From Mycobacteriales bacterium (lineage in GTDB: Bacteria; Actinomycetota; Actinomycetes; Mycobacteriales; CADCTP01): 64,000 nt of DNA. The position numbers and the translations under genes are program-made. The DNA is taken from assembly GCA_035995165.1 (NCBI GenBank), contig DASYKU010000066.1:1575-65574 (forward strand), written 5' to 3'. Shown piece by piece: positions 35,807 through 45,266 of the stretch. Below the pieces are notes generated by a model. It made no database searches. It was not told where the DNA came from and saw only the letters and a list, made by a program, of their open reading frames with translations. Numbering within the stretch: the stretch's first letter is position 1; each line of letters opens with the position of its first letter.

Positions 35807-36895
35807 TCAGCGGGGGTCGGTTACCTGGGCGAGGAAGTAGAGGGCGTTGGTGGGGCGGTGGCGGATCTGGAGAAGGAAGGGGCGGTCGACGCGGACCGCG
35901 ACCGGCCGGGGCGGGGCGGTGATCGCGGCCAGGCGGGTCATCATCAGGGCGGTCGCGGCCGCGCCCTCCAGGCCGGCCTCGTCCAGGGTCAGGACGGCCT
36001 TGTGCAGCGCGGCGTCGACCTTGAGGCCCTCCTTGCCGCCGGTCACCCCGGTCAGGTCGGCCTGGTCGCCGAACAGCCGCTGGATGCCCAGCCCGGCCAG
36101 CGGCTCGGCCAGCGAGGCCTGGCCCCGAACCGTCACCCGCGGCAGCTCCAGCGCCACCTCCCGCGGTGTCGCCGCCGCCAGCAGGTCCGTCAGCGTGGCC
36201 GCATCGAGGGGAGCCAGGTCGCCGTCGGGCAGCAGCACGTCGGCCAGCACCCCGCCGCCGGCCGGGACCGAGACCAGCGTCCAGCCGGACCGGGCCGCGT
36301 ACGGCAAGGAGCGGGTGGTCCGCATCGTGGGCACCGAGACCTCGCCGCCCGGGGTCCGGAACGGCTGCGGCCGGGTCTGCCCCTTCTCGAACGGCTTGGT
36401 CCAGGACGCCCGCAGGTAGAGCGCGTTGACGATCACCGCGCGGGTCTCGCGGTCCAGCAGCCCGGCCGGGAGCAGGTCCTTGATCAGGTCGCGGGTACTC
36501 CGCGACACGTCGGCGTTGATCTCCTGCCGGACGCCCTCGGCGTCGCCGCGGAAGTCGGCCCCGCGGGCGGTGCCTCCCGGCCACGACTTCACCGCGGCCA
36601 GGTACTCGGGCGCGACCGGCAGGGTCAGGTCGGCCCAGAGCGTGTTGGCGACCCCGATCGTCACCGCGTCGTCCTTCAGCGCCGCGCCCGCGCTCAGCCC
36701 GGCGGCGAGCGCGTCCAGGTCGCCGACGACCTCGGCCAGCTCGTCGCGGGTACGGCCGCGGGCACCGGCGGCGACGACGCCGAGCGCGGAGGCCACCGAG
36801 TACGGCGACCAGGCGAAGCCGCGCGCCGGGTCGGTTGCGAGCAGCCGATGCAGCGCGAGCGTGAACGAGAGCTCCGGGGCGGTCACGGCCCCCAT
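35807..36895 (-). CDS. Serpin family protein (inhibitory-type hinge)
   Basis: ATG 36895. Serpin blocks NALYLRASWTKPFEK, HKAVLTLDEAGLEGAAATA (hinge, E-x-G-x-E-x-A-A-A-T) and VDRPFLLQIRH. Confidence 0.88.
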   Translation of the reverse strand: MGAVTAPELSFTLALHRLLATDPARGFAWSPYSVASALGVVAAGARGRTRDELAEVVGDLDALAAGLSAGAALKDDAVTIGVANTLWADLTLPVAPEYLAAVKSWPGGTARGADFRGDAEGVRQEINADVSRSTRDLIKDLLPAGLLDRETRAVIVNALYLRASWTKPFEKGQTRPQPFRTPGGEVSVPTMRTTRSLPYAARSGWTLVSVPAGGGVLADVLLPDGDLAPLDAATLTDLLAAATPREVALELPRVTVRGQASLAEPLAGLGIQRLFGDQADLTGVTGGKEGLKVDAALHKAVLTLDEAGLEGAAATALMMTRLAAITAPPRPVAVRVDRPFLLQIRHRPTNALYFLAQVTDPR

Positions 36896-37084
36896 GCTGC
36901 CAGCCCGCCGCCGCCGGACCGCTGTTCCCGCATCGTGACCAACGTTGATCTCCAGAGAAAGACAACGTTCCGGCCGAAGGCATCTTGCTGTCCCGTGACG
37001 GCGACGACGCGGTACGGGCCGCCGGCCCCGAGCCCGGGACCCCGGCCGGGGTTCCCGTTCCCCGTCGCGGGGATCGATGGTGGG

Positions 37085-37816
37085 ATGACGGGCGTGCGCC
37101 AGCTGCTGCCGTCCCCGGCCGAGGACCTGTCCGACGACGACCTGCTCGCCGCCTACGCGACGCCGCCGGAGCACCTCCGGGTGAACTTCGTCTCCAGCGC
37201 CGACGGCGCGGTGACGCTGAAGGGCGTGTCCGGCGGCCTGTCCGGACCGGCCGACAAGCGGGTCTTCCAGCTGCAGCGCGACCTGGCCGACGTCGTGCTG
37301 GTCGCCGCCGGCACGATCCGCAACGAGCGCTACGGCTACCCGCACGTCAGCGCGGAGCGGCGGTCCCGCCGGCGGGATGCCGGGCGGGCCGAGCTGCCGA
37401 CCTTCGCGATCGTCTCCCGCAGCCTGAACCTCGACCTCAGCTCCAGCCTTTTCACCGACCCGCCGGTCCGTACGGTCGTGTTCGCGGCCGCGGGCGCCGC
37501 GGCCGACCGGCGGGCCGCCCTGGAGAGGGTCGCCGACGTCGTCACCACCGACGGGCTGGCCGGCACCGTGGCCGCGCTGCGGCAGCGCGGGCTGGGCCGG
37601 ATCCTCTGCGAGGGCGGCCCGAGCCTCTTCGCCGGGCTGGCCGGCGCGGGGCTGCTGGACGAGCTCTGCCTGACCCTCTCGCCGCTGCTGGCCGGCCCCG
37701 GCCCGGGCCGGATCGAGGCCGGCCCCGAGCACGGTCCGGTCCCGCTCCGGCTGACCGCGCTGCTGGAGGAGGACGGCGCGCTGTTCCACCGGTTCGCCGT
37801 GGTTCGGGGAGACTGA
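37085..37816 (+). CDS. RibD C-terminal domain / dihydrofolate reductase-like (pyrimidine reductase family) protein
   Basis: ATG 37085. Typical RibD_C blocks: VNFVSSADGAVTLKGVSGGLSGPADKRVFQLQRDLADVVLVAAGT...ILCEGGPSLFAGL...DELCLTLSPLLAG. Confidence 0.8.
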   Translation: MTGVRQLLPSPAEDLSDDDLLAAYATPPEHLRVNFVSSADGAVTLKGVSGGLSGPADKRVFQLQRDLADVVLVAAGTIRNERYGYPHVSAERRSRRRDAGRAELPTFAIVSRSLNLDLSSSLFTDPPVRTVVFAAAGAAADRRAALERVADVVTTDGLAGTVAALRQRGLGRILCEGGPSLFAGLAGAGLLDELCLTLSPLLAGPGPGRIEAGPEHGPVPLRLTALLEEDGALFHRFAVVRGD

Positions 37817-37820
37817 GCCG

Positions 37821-38897
37821 ATGGACCTGCCCGTGATGCCGCCGGTCGCCCCGATGCTGGCCAAGTCGGTGAAGACGGTGCCGGACGAACCCGGCTACCT
37901 GTACGAGCCCAAGTGGGACGGCTTCCGCTGCATCGTCTTCCGCGACGGTGACGAGGTCGAGCTCGGCAGCCGCAACGAGCGGCCGATGACCCGCTACTTT
38001 CCCGAGATCGTCGAGGCGGTGAAGAAGCAGCTGCCGGAGCGCTGCGTGGTCGACGGCGAGATCATCATCGCCACCGGCGACAAGCTCGACTTCGAGGCGC
38101 TGCTGCAGCGCATCCACCCGGCCAGGTCCCGGGTCGAGCTGCTGGCCAAGGAGACCCCCGCCAGCCTGGTGGTCTTCGACCTGCTCGCGCTCGGCGACGA
38201 GTCGCTGCTGGAGGTGCCGCTGGGCGAGCGGCGCAAGAGACTGGACAAGGCGCTGGCGAAGGCCACGGCGCCGGTGTACCGGACCAGCGTGACCGACGAT
38301 CCCGCGGTGGCCCAGGAGTGGTTCGGCACGTTCGAGGGCGCCGGGCTGGACGGGATCGTGGCCAAGCCGGTCGAGGGCACGTACGAGCCGGACAAGCGGG
38401 CCATGCTCAAGATCAAGCACGAGCGGACCGCGGACTGCGTGGTGGCCGGCTTCCGCTGGCACAAGAAGAGCACCCCCGAGGAGCCGCTGCTGGGCTCGCT
38501 GCTGCTCGGCCTCTTCAACGGCGAGGGCGTCCTGCAGCACGTCGGCGTGGTCGCGAGCTTCCCGATGGCGCGCCGGGCCGAGCTGGTCGAGGAGCTGGCG
38601 CCCTGGCGGAAGAACGCGGTCAAGGACCATCCCTGGCAGGACTGGGCCGAGGCCCAGGCGCAGGCCGACGGCCGGCTGCCGGGCGCGCAGTCCCGCTGGA
38701 ACGCCAAGAAGGACCTGTCCTGGGAGCCGCTGCGGGCCGAGCGGGTCGTCGAGGTGAAGTACGACCACATGGAGGGGACCCGGTTCCGGCACACCACCCA
38801 GTTCGTCCGCTGGCGGGACGACCGGAAGCCGCGCTCCTGCACGTACGAACAGCTCGAGGTCCCGGTCTCCTACGACCTGGCCAGTTTGTTGTCCTAG
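37821..38897 (+). CDS. ligC: ATP-dependent DNA ligase (LigC type)
   Basis: 358 aa. Motif I YEPKWDGFRC (the adenylated Lys), an OB-fold C-terminus, no BRCT or NAD motifs. Starts 4 nt after the upstream stop. Confidence 0.88.
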   Translation: MDLPVMPPVAPMLAKSVKTVPDEPGYLYEPKWDGFRCIVFRDGDEVELGSRNERPMTRYFPEIVEAVKKQLPERCVVDGEIIIATGDKLDFEALLQRIHPARSRVELLAKETPASLVVFDLLALGDESLLEVPLGERRKRLDKALAKATAPVYRTSVTDDPAVAQEWFGTFEGAGLDGIVAKPVEGTYEPDKRAMLKIKHERTADCVVAGFRWHKKSTPEEPLLGSLLLGLFNGEGVLQHVGVVASFPMARRAELVEELAPWRKNAVKDHPWQDWAEAQAQADGRLPGAQSRWNAKKDLSWEPLRAERVVEVKYDHMEGTRFRHTTQFVRWRDDRKPRSCTYEQLEVPVSYDLASLLS

Positions 38898-38906
38898 GGT
38901 TGGGAA

Positions 38907-40463
38907 ATGCGCCGGCTGCTGGTCCTTCTGGTGGTCGCCCTCGCGGCGGCCGGGTGCACGTCGATCGACGGCAACGGCCGGTACGGCGGGGACCCGATCC
39001 CGGGCGCCCCGGCCCCGACCACCGCGGCGCCGGCCGCCCCGACGATCTCCCCGGTGAACTTCACCGACTGCACGTCGGTGATCGCGCCGCAGGTCAAGGA
39101 CGCGCCCGGCGGTGACCGGCCGCTGTCCTTCGGCTGCGGCAAGCTGCGGGTGCCGCTGGACTACCGGGACCCGTCGCGCAAGGCGATCGACCTGTTCCTG
39201 ATCCGGGTCCGGCTGGCCGGACAGCAGAAGCGGATCGGCTCGCTGGTGGTCAACCCCGGCGGTCCCGGCGGATCCGGGCTGGACGCCGCGGTCGGGCTCG
39301 GGCTGAGCCTGCCCACCGACGTGCTGAAGCGCTTCGACCTGGTCGGCTTCGACCCGCGCGGGGTCGGCCTGTCCGCGCCGGTCTCCTGCATCTCCGACCA
39401 GCTCAAGGACCAGCAGACCGCGCTGGACCCGGACGCGAAGACCGAGGCCGCGTACCAGGCCCAGGTGGCGCTGGCCAAGCAGGTCTCGCAGTCCTGCCTG
39501 TCCAAGTACGGCGACGACCTGCAGCACTACAACACCGAGGAGACCGCGCGGGACCTGGACCTGGTCCGGCAGGGCGTCGGCGACGCCGAGCTGACCTACC
39601 TGGGCTACTCGTACGGGACCCGGCTCGGCTCGGTCTACGCGCAGCTGTTCCCGAAGAACGTGCGGGCGCTGGTGCTGGACGGGGCGGTCGACCCGAAGCA
39701 GGGCGAGGTGGCGGCGTCGCAGACCCAGGCGGCCGGGTTCGAGCAGGCGTTCAACCAGTTCGCGGCCGACTGCAAGGCCCGCAACGCAGCCTGCCTGATC
39801 GGCCCGGACCCGCGCGCGACCGTGACCGCGCTGCTGGCCAAGGCCCGGCAGACGCCGATCCCGGGCGGCAGCGGCGGCCGGAAGGCGACCGCCGGGCACG
39901 TCCTGCTCGGGGTGATCAGCGCGCTCTACGACCGGGGCGACTGGGCCGAGCTGGAGTCCGCGATCGCCGACGCCCGCAACGGCAGCTCCAGCGGGATCTT
40001 CACGCTGGCCGACCGCTACAACGAGCGCGACGCCAAGGGCGACTACACCAACCTGGCCGACGCCAACATCGCGATCAACTGCGCCGACAGCGCGGAGAAG
40101 GTGCCGGACGCGACGGTGCGCAAGGAGCTCGCGGCCTGGCGGACGAAGTACCCGCTGTTCGGCACCTCGCTCGCGCTCGGCCTGCTGACCTGCGGGCAGT
40201 GGGCGGCGCCGCGGGAGCCGCTGCCGGCGGTCCGGGCCGCGGGCGCTCCCCCGCTGCTGGTGATCGGCACCGTCCACGACCCGGCCACGCCGTACGCGTC
40301 GGCGCAGGTGCTGGCGAGGACGCTGGCCACCGGGCACCTGTTGACCTGGCAGGGCGAGGGGCACACGGCGTACCCGAAGACGGCCTGCGTGACCGCGGCC
40401 GTGGACGCCTACCTGATCTCCCTCAAGGTCCCCGCCCGCAACGCCACCTGCGCCGCGTCGTAG
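38907..40463 (+). CDS. Lipoprotein alpha/beta hydrolase, tripeptidyl aminopeptidase-like (S33)
   Basis: Lipobox LAAAGCTS, NPGGPGGSG, nucleophile elbow LGYSYGT, and a TAP-like C-terminal region. Confidence 0.82.
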   Translation: MRRLLVLLVVALAAAGCTSIDGNGRYGGDPIPGAPAPTTAAPAAPTISPVNFTDCTSVIAPQVKDAPGGDRPLSFGCGKLRVPLDYRDPSRKAIDLFLIRVRLAGQQKRIGSLVVNPGGPGGSGLDAAVGLGLSLPTDVLKRFDLVGFDPRGVGLSAPVSCISDQLKDQQTALDPDAKTEAAYQAQVALAKQVSQSCLSKYGDDLQHYNTEETARDLDLVRQGVGDAELTYLGYSYGTRLGSVYAQLFPKNVRALVLDGAVDPKQGEVAASQTQAAGFEQAFNQFAADCKARNAACLIGPDPRATVTALLAKARQTPIPGGSGGRKATAGHVLLGVISALYDRGDWAELESAIADARNGSSSGIFTLADRYNERDAKGDYTNLADANIAINCADSAEKVPDATVRKELAAWRTKYPLFGTSLALGLLTCGQWAAPREPLPAVRAAGAPPLLVIGTVHDPATPYASAQVLARTLATGHLLTWQGEGHTAYPKTACVTAAVDAYLISLKVPARNATCAAS

Positions 40464-40678
40464 TCGTCGGGGCGGCCCCCGTAACCCCCGGGCGGGGCTC
40501 GTGCGCGGTGCCGGACCCGGCCCGACCGCTTCACCGAACCCCGCCGGAGGCGGAGGACCCATCGCGACTACGACCCGCCGGTGCCGGTCACCGGCTGATG
40601 ACGCACCGGACCCGCGCCGCGGTTCAGCCCAGGCGGGGGTGCCCGGAATGCCCGGGCGGGGACGGTACGGTGCGGTCC

Positions 40679-41233
40679 ATGAGCGAGACTCCGGCGGACG
40701 ACGTCCGTGCCTCCGATGCCGAGCGTGAGCAGGTCGCCGAGCTGCTCGGCCGGGCCGTCGGCGAGGGCCGGCTGACGCTGGCGGAGTTCAGCGACCGGGT
40801 CGGGCAGGCGCACGGCGCCCGGACCCGGGCCGAGCTGGTGCCGCTCACCGCCGACCTGCCCGCGACCCCCACCAGCATCGCGCCCGCGACCCCGGTCCGG
40901 ACGTCCTGGCAGATCTCGCCGATCGGCGGGGTGAGCCGCAAGGGCTCCTGGCGGGTCCCGGTCCGGACGGTCGGGATCAGCATCATCGGCGGCGCCGACC
41001 TCGACCTCACCGACGCCGAGTTCGCCGCGTCCGAGGTCGAGTTCACCCGGGTCTCGATCGTCGGCGGGATGGACGTCAAGGTGCCGCCGGGCGTCCGGGT
41101 CGAGGTCGAGGGGTTCACCCTGCTCGGCGGGCACTCGGTGCGGCTGCCCGAGCCCGCCCCGGGTGCCCCGGTGCTGCGGCTGCGCCTCTTCTCCCTCATC
41201 GGCGGCGTCTCGGTCAAGCCCCGGAAGCCCTGA
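40679..41233 (+). CDS. DUF1707 plus LiaF-C-like (cell wall-active antibiotic response) domain protein
   Basis: ATG 40679. VRASDAEREQVAELLGRAVGEGRLTLAEFSDRV is DUF1707. A beta-rich repeat follows: GGADLDLT...VSIVGGMDVKVPPGVRVEVEGFTLLGG. Confidence 0.72.
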   Translation: MSETPADDVRASDAEREQVAELLGRAVGEGRLTLAEFSDRVGQAHGARTRAELVPLTADLPATPTSIAPATPVRTSWQISPIGGVSRKGSWRVPVRTVGISIIGGADLDLTDAEFAASEVEFTRVSIVGGMDVKVPPGVRVEVEGFTLLGGHSVRLPEPAPGAPVLRLRLFSLIGGVSVKPRKP

Positions 41234-41349
41234 CCCGAGGGTCGGTGTGACCCGGGTCTCGTCCCCCGGGCACGGGCATTCGTCGCGTTCACAACGGGCA
41301 TACAGCGAGTACCCGGCCGCCACACGAGTTGCGCGGCCACTCTCGAGGG

Positions 41350-42765
41350 ATGCCAGTGGACGAGCTCAGTCAGATCGCCCGGTGGATCGACCGGGCGGCA
41401 GCCGAGCGGGGGGACGCCACCTGCCTGGCCGCGGCGTCCGGGCCACGCCGGATCGCCTACGCCGACCTGCCGGCCGCGGTCGCCCGCTGGGACCGGCACC
41501 TGACCGACGCGGGCGTCCCGCCCGGCGCGACCGTCGCCACGGCGGTCGCCGACCCGCTGGACGCGGCCCTGGCGCTGCTCGGCCTGCTCGCCACCGGCCG
41601 GGTCGCGGCCCCGGTCGACCCGGCCGCGCCGCGGGCCCTGGACAAGCGACTCGACCAGCCGGACACGATCGCGGTCATCCGCGACGACCAGCTGGAGCGG
41701 CTGGACCGGGAGCCGACCGAGCGCCCCGGCGGCGTGCTGCTGTCGAGCTCCGGCAGCACCGGCGAGCCCAAGCAGGTCCTGCTGCCGGACGCCCAGCTCG
41801 CCCACGTCGCCGCCGCGGTGGCCCGCTCGCACGGGCTCGGCCCGGCCGACGTCGGCTACTGCCCACTGCCGCTCCACCACGTGAACGCCGAGGTCGTCGG
41901 CCTGCTGGCGACGCTGCGGGCGCAGGGCACGCTGGTGCTGGCCCGGCGGTTCTCCCGCAGCGGCTTCTGGACCACGGTCGACGAGCACCGCGCCACCTGG
42001 GTCAACGCGGTGCCCGCGATCCTCGCGCTGCTGTCGGAGGACCCGGCGACCACCGCGGACCCGGACCGGATCCGGTTCGTCCGCAGCGCGTCGGCCCCGC
42101 TGCCGGTGCCGGTGCTGGAACGGTTCGAGCAGGCCCACCGCATCCGGGTGCTGGAGTCGTACGGGATGACCGAGGCGGCCAGCCAGATCACGGTCAACCC
42201 GCTGGACGGCGTCCGGAAGCCCGGCTCGGTCGGGCTCCCGGTGGACGGCGAGCTGCAGGTCGTCGGCGCGGACGGCCGGCCGCTGCCGGCGGGCGGGTCC
42301 GGCACCGTGCAGATCCGCGGCGCCGGCGTCATCCGCTCGTACGCGACCGGGGTCGGGGCGGACCGCTTCGACGCCGAGGGCTGGCTCGACACCGGCGACC
42401 TCGGCAACGTCGACGCCGACGGCTACCTCTGGCTGGTCGGCCGCGCCAGCGAGCTGATCAACCGCAGCGGCGAGAAGATCCTGCCGCGCGAGATCGAGGA
42501 CGTGCTGCGGGAGGACCCGGGCGTCCGGGACGCGGTCGTGGTCGGCCGCCCGGACCCGGTCCTCGGCGAGGTCCCGGTCGCGTACGTGGTCGGCGCCGGC
42601 GACGATCCCGGGCTGGCCGACCGGCTGGCCGAGCGGTGCCGCGCGGCGCTGGCCCGCGACCGGCAGCCGGCCGAGCTGACCGTGGTCGAGCAGCTGCCCA
42701 CCACCGGCACCGGCAAGGTCCTGCGGGCCGAGGTCGCCGAGATGGCCCGGGACGGCGGCTCGTGA
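41350..42765 (+). CDS. AMP-dependent synthetase/ligase (acyl-CoA synthetase-like adenylating enzyme)
   Basis: ATG 41350. AMP-binding motif LLSSSGSTGEPKQV, plus YGMTE, TGDLG and a C-terminal GKVLR. Confidence 0.88.
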   Translation: MPVDELSQIARWIDRAAAERGDATCLAAASGPRRIAYADLPAAVARWDRHLTDAGVPPGATVATAVADPLDAALALLGLLATGRVAAPVDPAAPRALDKRLDQPDTIAVIRDDQLERLDREPTERPGGVLLSSSGSTGEPKQVLLPDAQLAHVAAAVARSHGLGPADVGYCPLPLHHVNAEVVGLLATLRAQGTLVLARRFSRSGFWTTVDEHRATWVNAVPAILALLSEDPATTADPDRIRFVRSASAPLPVPVLERFEQAHRIRVLESYGMTEAASQITVNPLDGVRKPGSVGLPVDGELQVVGADGRPLPAGGSGTVQIRGAGVIRSYATGVGADRFDAEGWLDTGDLGNVDADGYLWLVGRASELINRSGEKILPREIEDVLREDPGVRDAVVVGRPDPVLGEVPVAYVVGAGDDPGLADRLAERCRAALARDRQPAELTVVEQLPTTGTGKVLRAEVAEMARDGGS

Positions 42766-43904
42766 CGGCGACCACCGAGGCGAAGCCCGCGAAGAGGACC
42801 AGCAGCCGGGTTCCCGAGGTCGACCTGGTCCGGGTCATCACGTTCGGCGCGGTCGTGGCCGTGCACGCGGTCACCTCGTCGGTGGCCGCGCTCGACGTCG
42901 GCGGGCACGCGACGCTGATGCTGCTGCACTACACCCGCTCGGCGTTCTTCATCTTCATGGCGATCGTGCTGGTCCGCTCGGCCGAACGGTCCGGCCGGAC
43001 CGGCTCGCTGCGGCGGCGGCTGACCCTGGTCGGCGTGCCGTACCTGACCTGGTCGGTGCTCTTCCTGGTGCTGTCCTGGGCGACCGGTGGCCGGGACACG
43101 CCCTGGGACGGGGCCGGTAAGGCCCTGCTGACCGGGACGGCCTGGTACCACCTCTACTTCCTGCTGGTCACCATGCAGTTCTACGTGGTGCTGCCGGCCT
43201 TCCTCCGGCTGCTGCGGGCCACCCGCCGGCAACCGTGGGCGCTGCTGCTGGGCAGCCTGGTCCTCGGCATGGTGATCACCACCTGGCTGCACTACACGCA
43301 CTGGGGCCCGGGACCGCTCGCCCAGTACAAGGGCTACGCGGCCCAGCTGCTGCCGACGTACTGGCTGCTGTTCGCGGTCGGCGGGGTGGCGGCGCTGCAC
43401 CTGGACGCGGTGCTCGGCTGGCTGCGGGCGCACCGGCGCGCGGTCCTGCTGGGCACGCTGGCCGGCGCGCTGGCGATGGAGGCCCTCTTCTTCGGCTCGC
43501 TCGCCGCCGGGGTCCGCGCCGACACGGCCTCCGACGCGGTCCAGCCGGCCCTGCAGCTGTGGGCGGTGCTGCTCACCGCGGGGCTGTTCGCGTCCGCGAC
43601 CCGGTGGACCGACGACGGCGCCCCGCACGTGCGCTGGGTCGACCGGGCCTCCGACCTCTCCTTCGGCGTCTACCTCGTGCACCCGGCGATCCTGGTCGGG
43701 CTGCTGCTCCTGCCCGGGGCGTACGGGCCGCCGGCAGCGATCACCGCCGGCGTCGCCACCGTGCTCGCGCTGGCCGGCTCGCTGCTGGTCGCCGAGCTGG
43801 CCCGGCGTACGCCCGCCAGCCTCCCCCTGACCGGCCGGCCCCGCCGGCGCCCGCGGCCGTCCCCGGCCCGGACGGCCGAGCCCGCACTCGCCCGGAAGGC
43901 GTGA
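42762..43904 (+). CDS. Acyltransferase family 3 (membrane O-acyltransferase)
   Basis: GTG 42762 overlaps the upstream TGA (GTGA). About 10 TM helices. The N-terminal VDLVRVITFGAVVAVH pattern is typical of Acyl_transf_3. Confidence 0.78.
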   Translation: MTATTEAKPAKRTSSRVPEVDLVRVITFGAVVAVHAVTSSVAALDVGGHATLMLLHYTRSAFFIFMAIVLVRSAERSGRTGSLRRRLTLVGVPYLTWSVLFLVLSWATGGRDTPWDGAGKALLTGTAWYHLYFLLVTMQFYVVLPAFLRLLRATRRQPWALLLGSLVLGMVITTWLHYTHWGPGPLAQYKGYAAQLLPTYWLLFAVGGVAALHLDAVLGWLRAHRRAVLLGTLAGALAMEALFFGSLAAGVRADTASDAVQPALQLWAVLLTAGLFASATRWTDDGAPHVRWVDRASDLSFGVYLVHPAILVGLLLLPGAYGPPAAITAGVATVLALAGSLLVAELARRTPASLPLTGRPRRRPRPSPARTAEPALARKA

Positions 43905-43905
43905 C

Positions 43906-45240
43906 GTGACCCTCCTCGCCGAAAGACCGGCCGACGCCCCGGCCCGTTCCCCGCTGCGGCACCGCGTCCGGGGGCGGGTGCTGTTCCTGCTCTGCCTGCT
44001 CTACGCGGTCTCGTACGTGGACCGGACCGCGATCTCCTCGGCCGGCCCGGCGCTGCGGGCCGACCTGCACCTGAGCGAGACGCAGTTCGGGCTGGCGCTG
44101 GCGGCGTACTCGCTGCCGTACGCGTTGCTGCAGGTCTTCGGGGGCTGGATCGGCGACCGGTTCGGGCCGCGCAAGGTGCTCGGCGTGCTGGCCGTGCTCT
44201 GGGGGATCTCGACGCTCTGGACCGGGCTGGCCACCGGGCTGCTCGCGCTCGGCGCGGCCCGGCTGCTGCTGGGGCTGTCGGAGGGGGCGGCGTTCCCGAC
44301 CGCGACCCGGGCGATGGCGACCTGGCTGCCCGGCGACCGCCGCGGCTACGGCCAGGGCGTCGTCCACTCCGCCGCCCGGGTCGGCGCCGCGGTGGCCCCG
44401 CTGGTGATGGCCGGGCTGATCGCCACGGTCGGCTGGCGCTGGGGCTTCATCGCGCTCGGCGTGCTCAGCGCGCTGTGGTCGATCGTCTGGCTGCGCCGGT
44501 TCAAGGACCGCCCGCAGGACGACGAGCGGGTCACCGACATCGAGCTGGACGAGCTGGACGTGTCGCACGCGGACGCGGCGCCCGGAACGGCCAGCGTCGC
44601 GCCGAGTCGCCAGGTACCGTGGCGGAGACTGGTGGCCCGGTTGGCCCCCGTCACCCTCGTCGACTTCTGCTACGGGTGGATGCTGTGGGTCTACCTCACC
44701 TGGCTGCCGTCCTTCTTCCAGGACGAGTACGGCTTGGCGCTGGCCGGCTTCGCGCTCTTCACGTCCCTGGTGCTCTCGGCCGGCGTGGTCTCCGACACCC
44801 TGGGCGGGATGCTCTCGGACAAGCTGCTGGACCGGACCCGCTCGCTGCGGACGGCCCGGCGGGCCAACCTGATCATCGGGCTGGCCGGCTCGATGCTGGC
44901 GCTGATCCCGTCGCTGCTGGTGCACGACCTGGTGCTGGTGACGATCAGCCTGACGGTCTCGTTCTTCTTCCTGGAGCTGACCAACTCGGTGCTCTGGACC
45001 ATCCCCATGGACATCGCGCCGCAGCACGCCGGGGTGGCCAGCGGGCTGATGAACACCGGCTTCGGAGTGGCGGGCATCGTGTCCCCGATCGTCTTCGGGT
45101 TCCTCATCGACCGGACCGGGAACTGGCAGCTGCCGTTCGCGCTGTCGGTGGTCCTGCTGGCGGTGGGGACGCTGCTCTCGCTGCGGGTGGACCCGCGGCC
45201 GCTGGAGATCGAGGAACCGGCGGTGGCCGCGGCCGCCTGA
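43906..45240 (+). CDS. MFS transporter (anion:cation symporter-like)
   Basis: 444 aa, 12 TM. Contains YVDRTAISSAGPALRADLHLSETQFGL and GWIGDRFGPRKVL motifs. Starts 1 nt after the upstream stop. Confidence 0.88.
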   Translation: MTLLAERPADAPARSPLRHRVRGRVLFLLCLLYAVSYVDRTAISSAGPALRADLHLSETQFGLALAAYSLPYALLQVFGGWIGDRFGPRKVLGVLAVLWGISTLWTGLATGLLALGAARLLLGLSEGAAFPTATRAMATWLPGDRRGYGQGVVHSAARVGAAVAPLVMAGLIATVGWRWGFIALGVLSALWSIVWLRRFKDRPQDDERVTDIELDELDVSHADAAPGTASVAPSRQVPWRRLVARLAPVTLVDFCYGWMLWVYLTWLPSFFQDEYGLALAGFALFTSLVLSAGVVSDTLGGMLSDKLLDRTRSLRTARRANLIIGLAGSMLALIPSLLVHDLVLVTISLTVSFFFLELTNSVLWTIPMDIAPQHAGVASGLMNTGFGVAGIVSPIVFGFLIDRTGNWQLPFALSVVLLAVGTLLSLRVDPRPLEIEEPAVAAAA

Positions 45241-45266
45241 CGAAGCGGCTCGTCGCCGGGGCCGCG

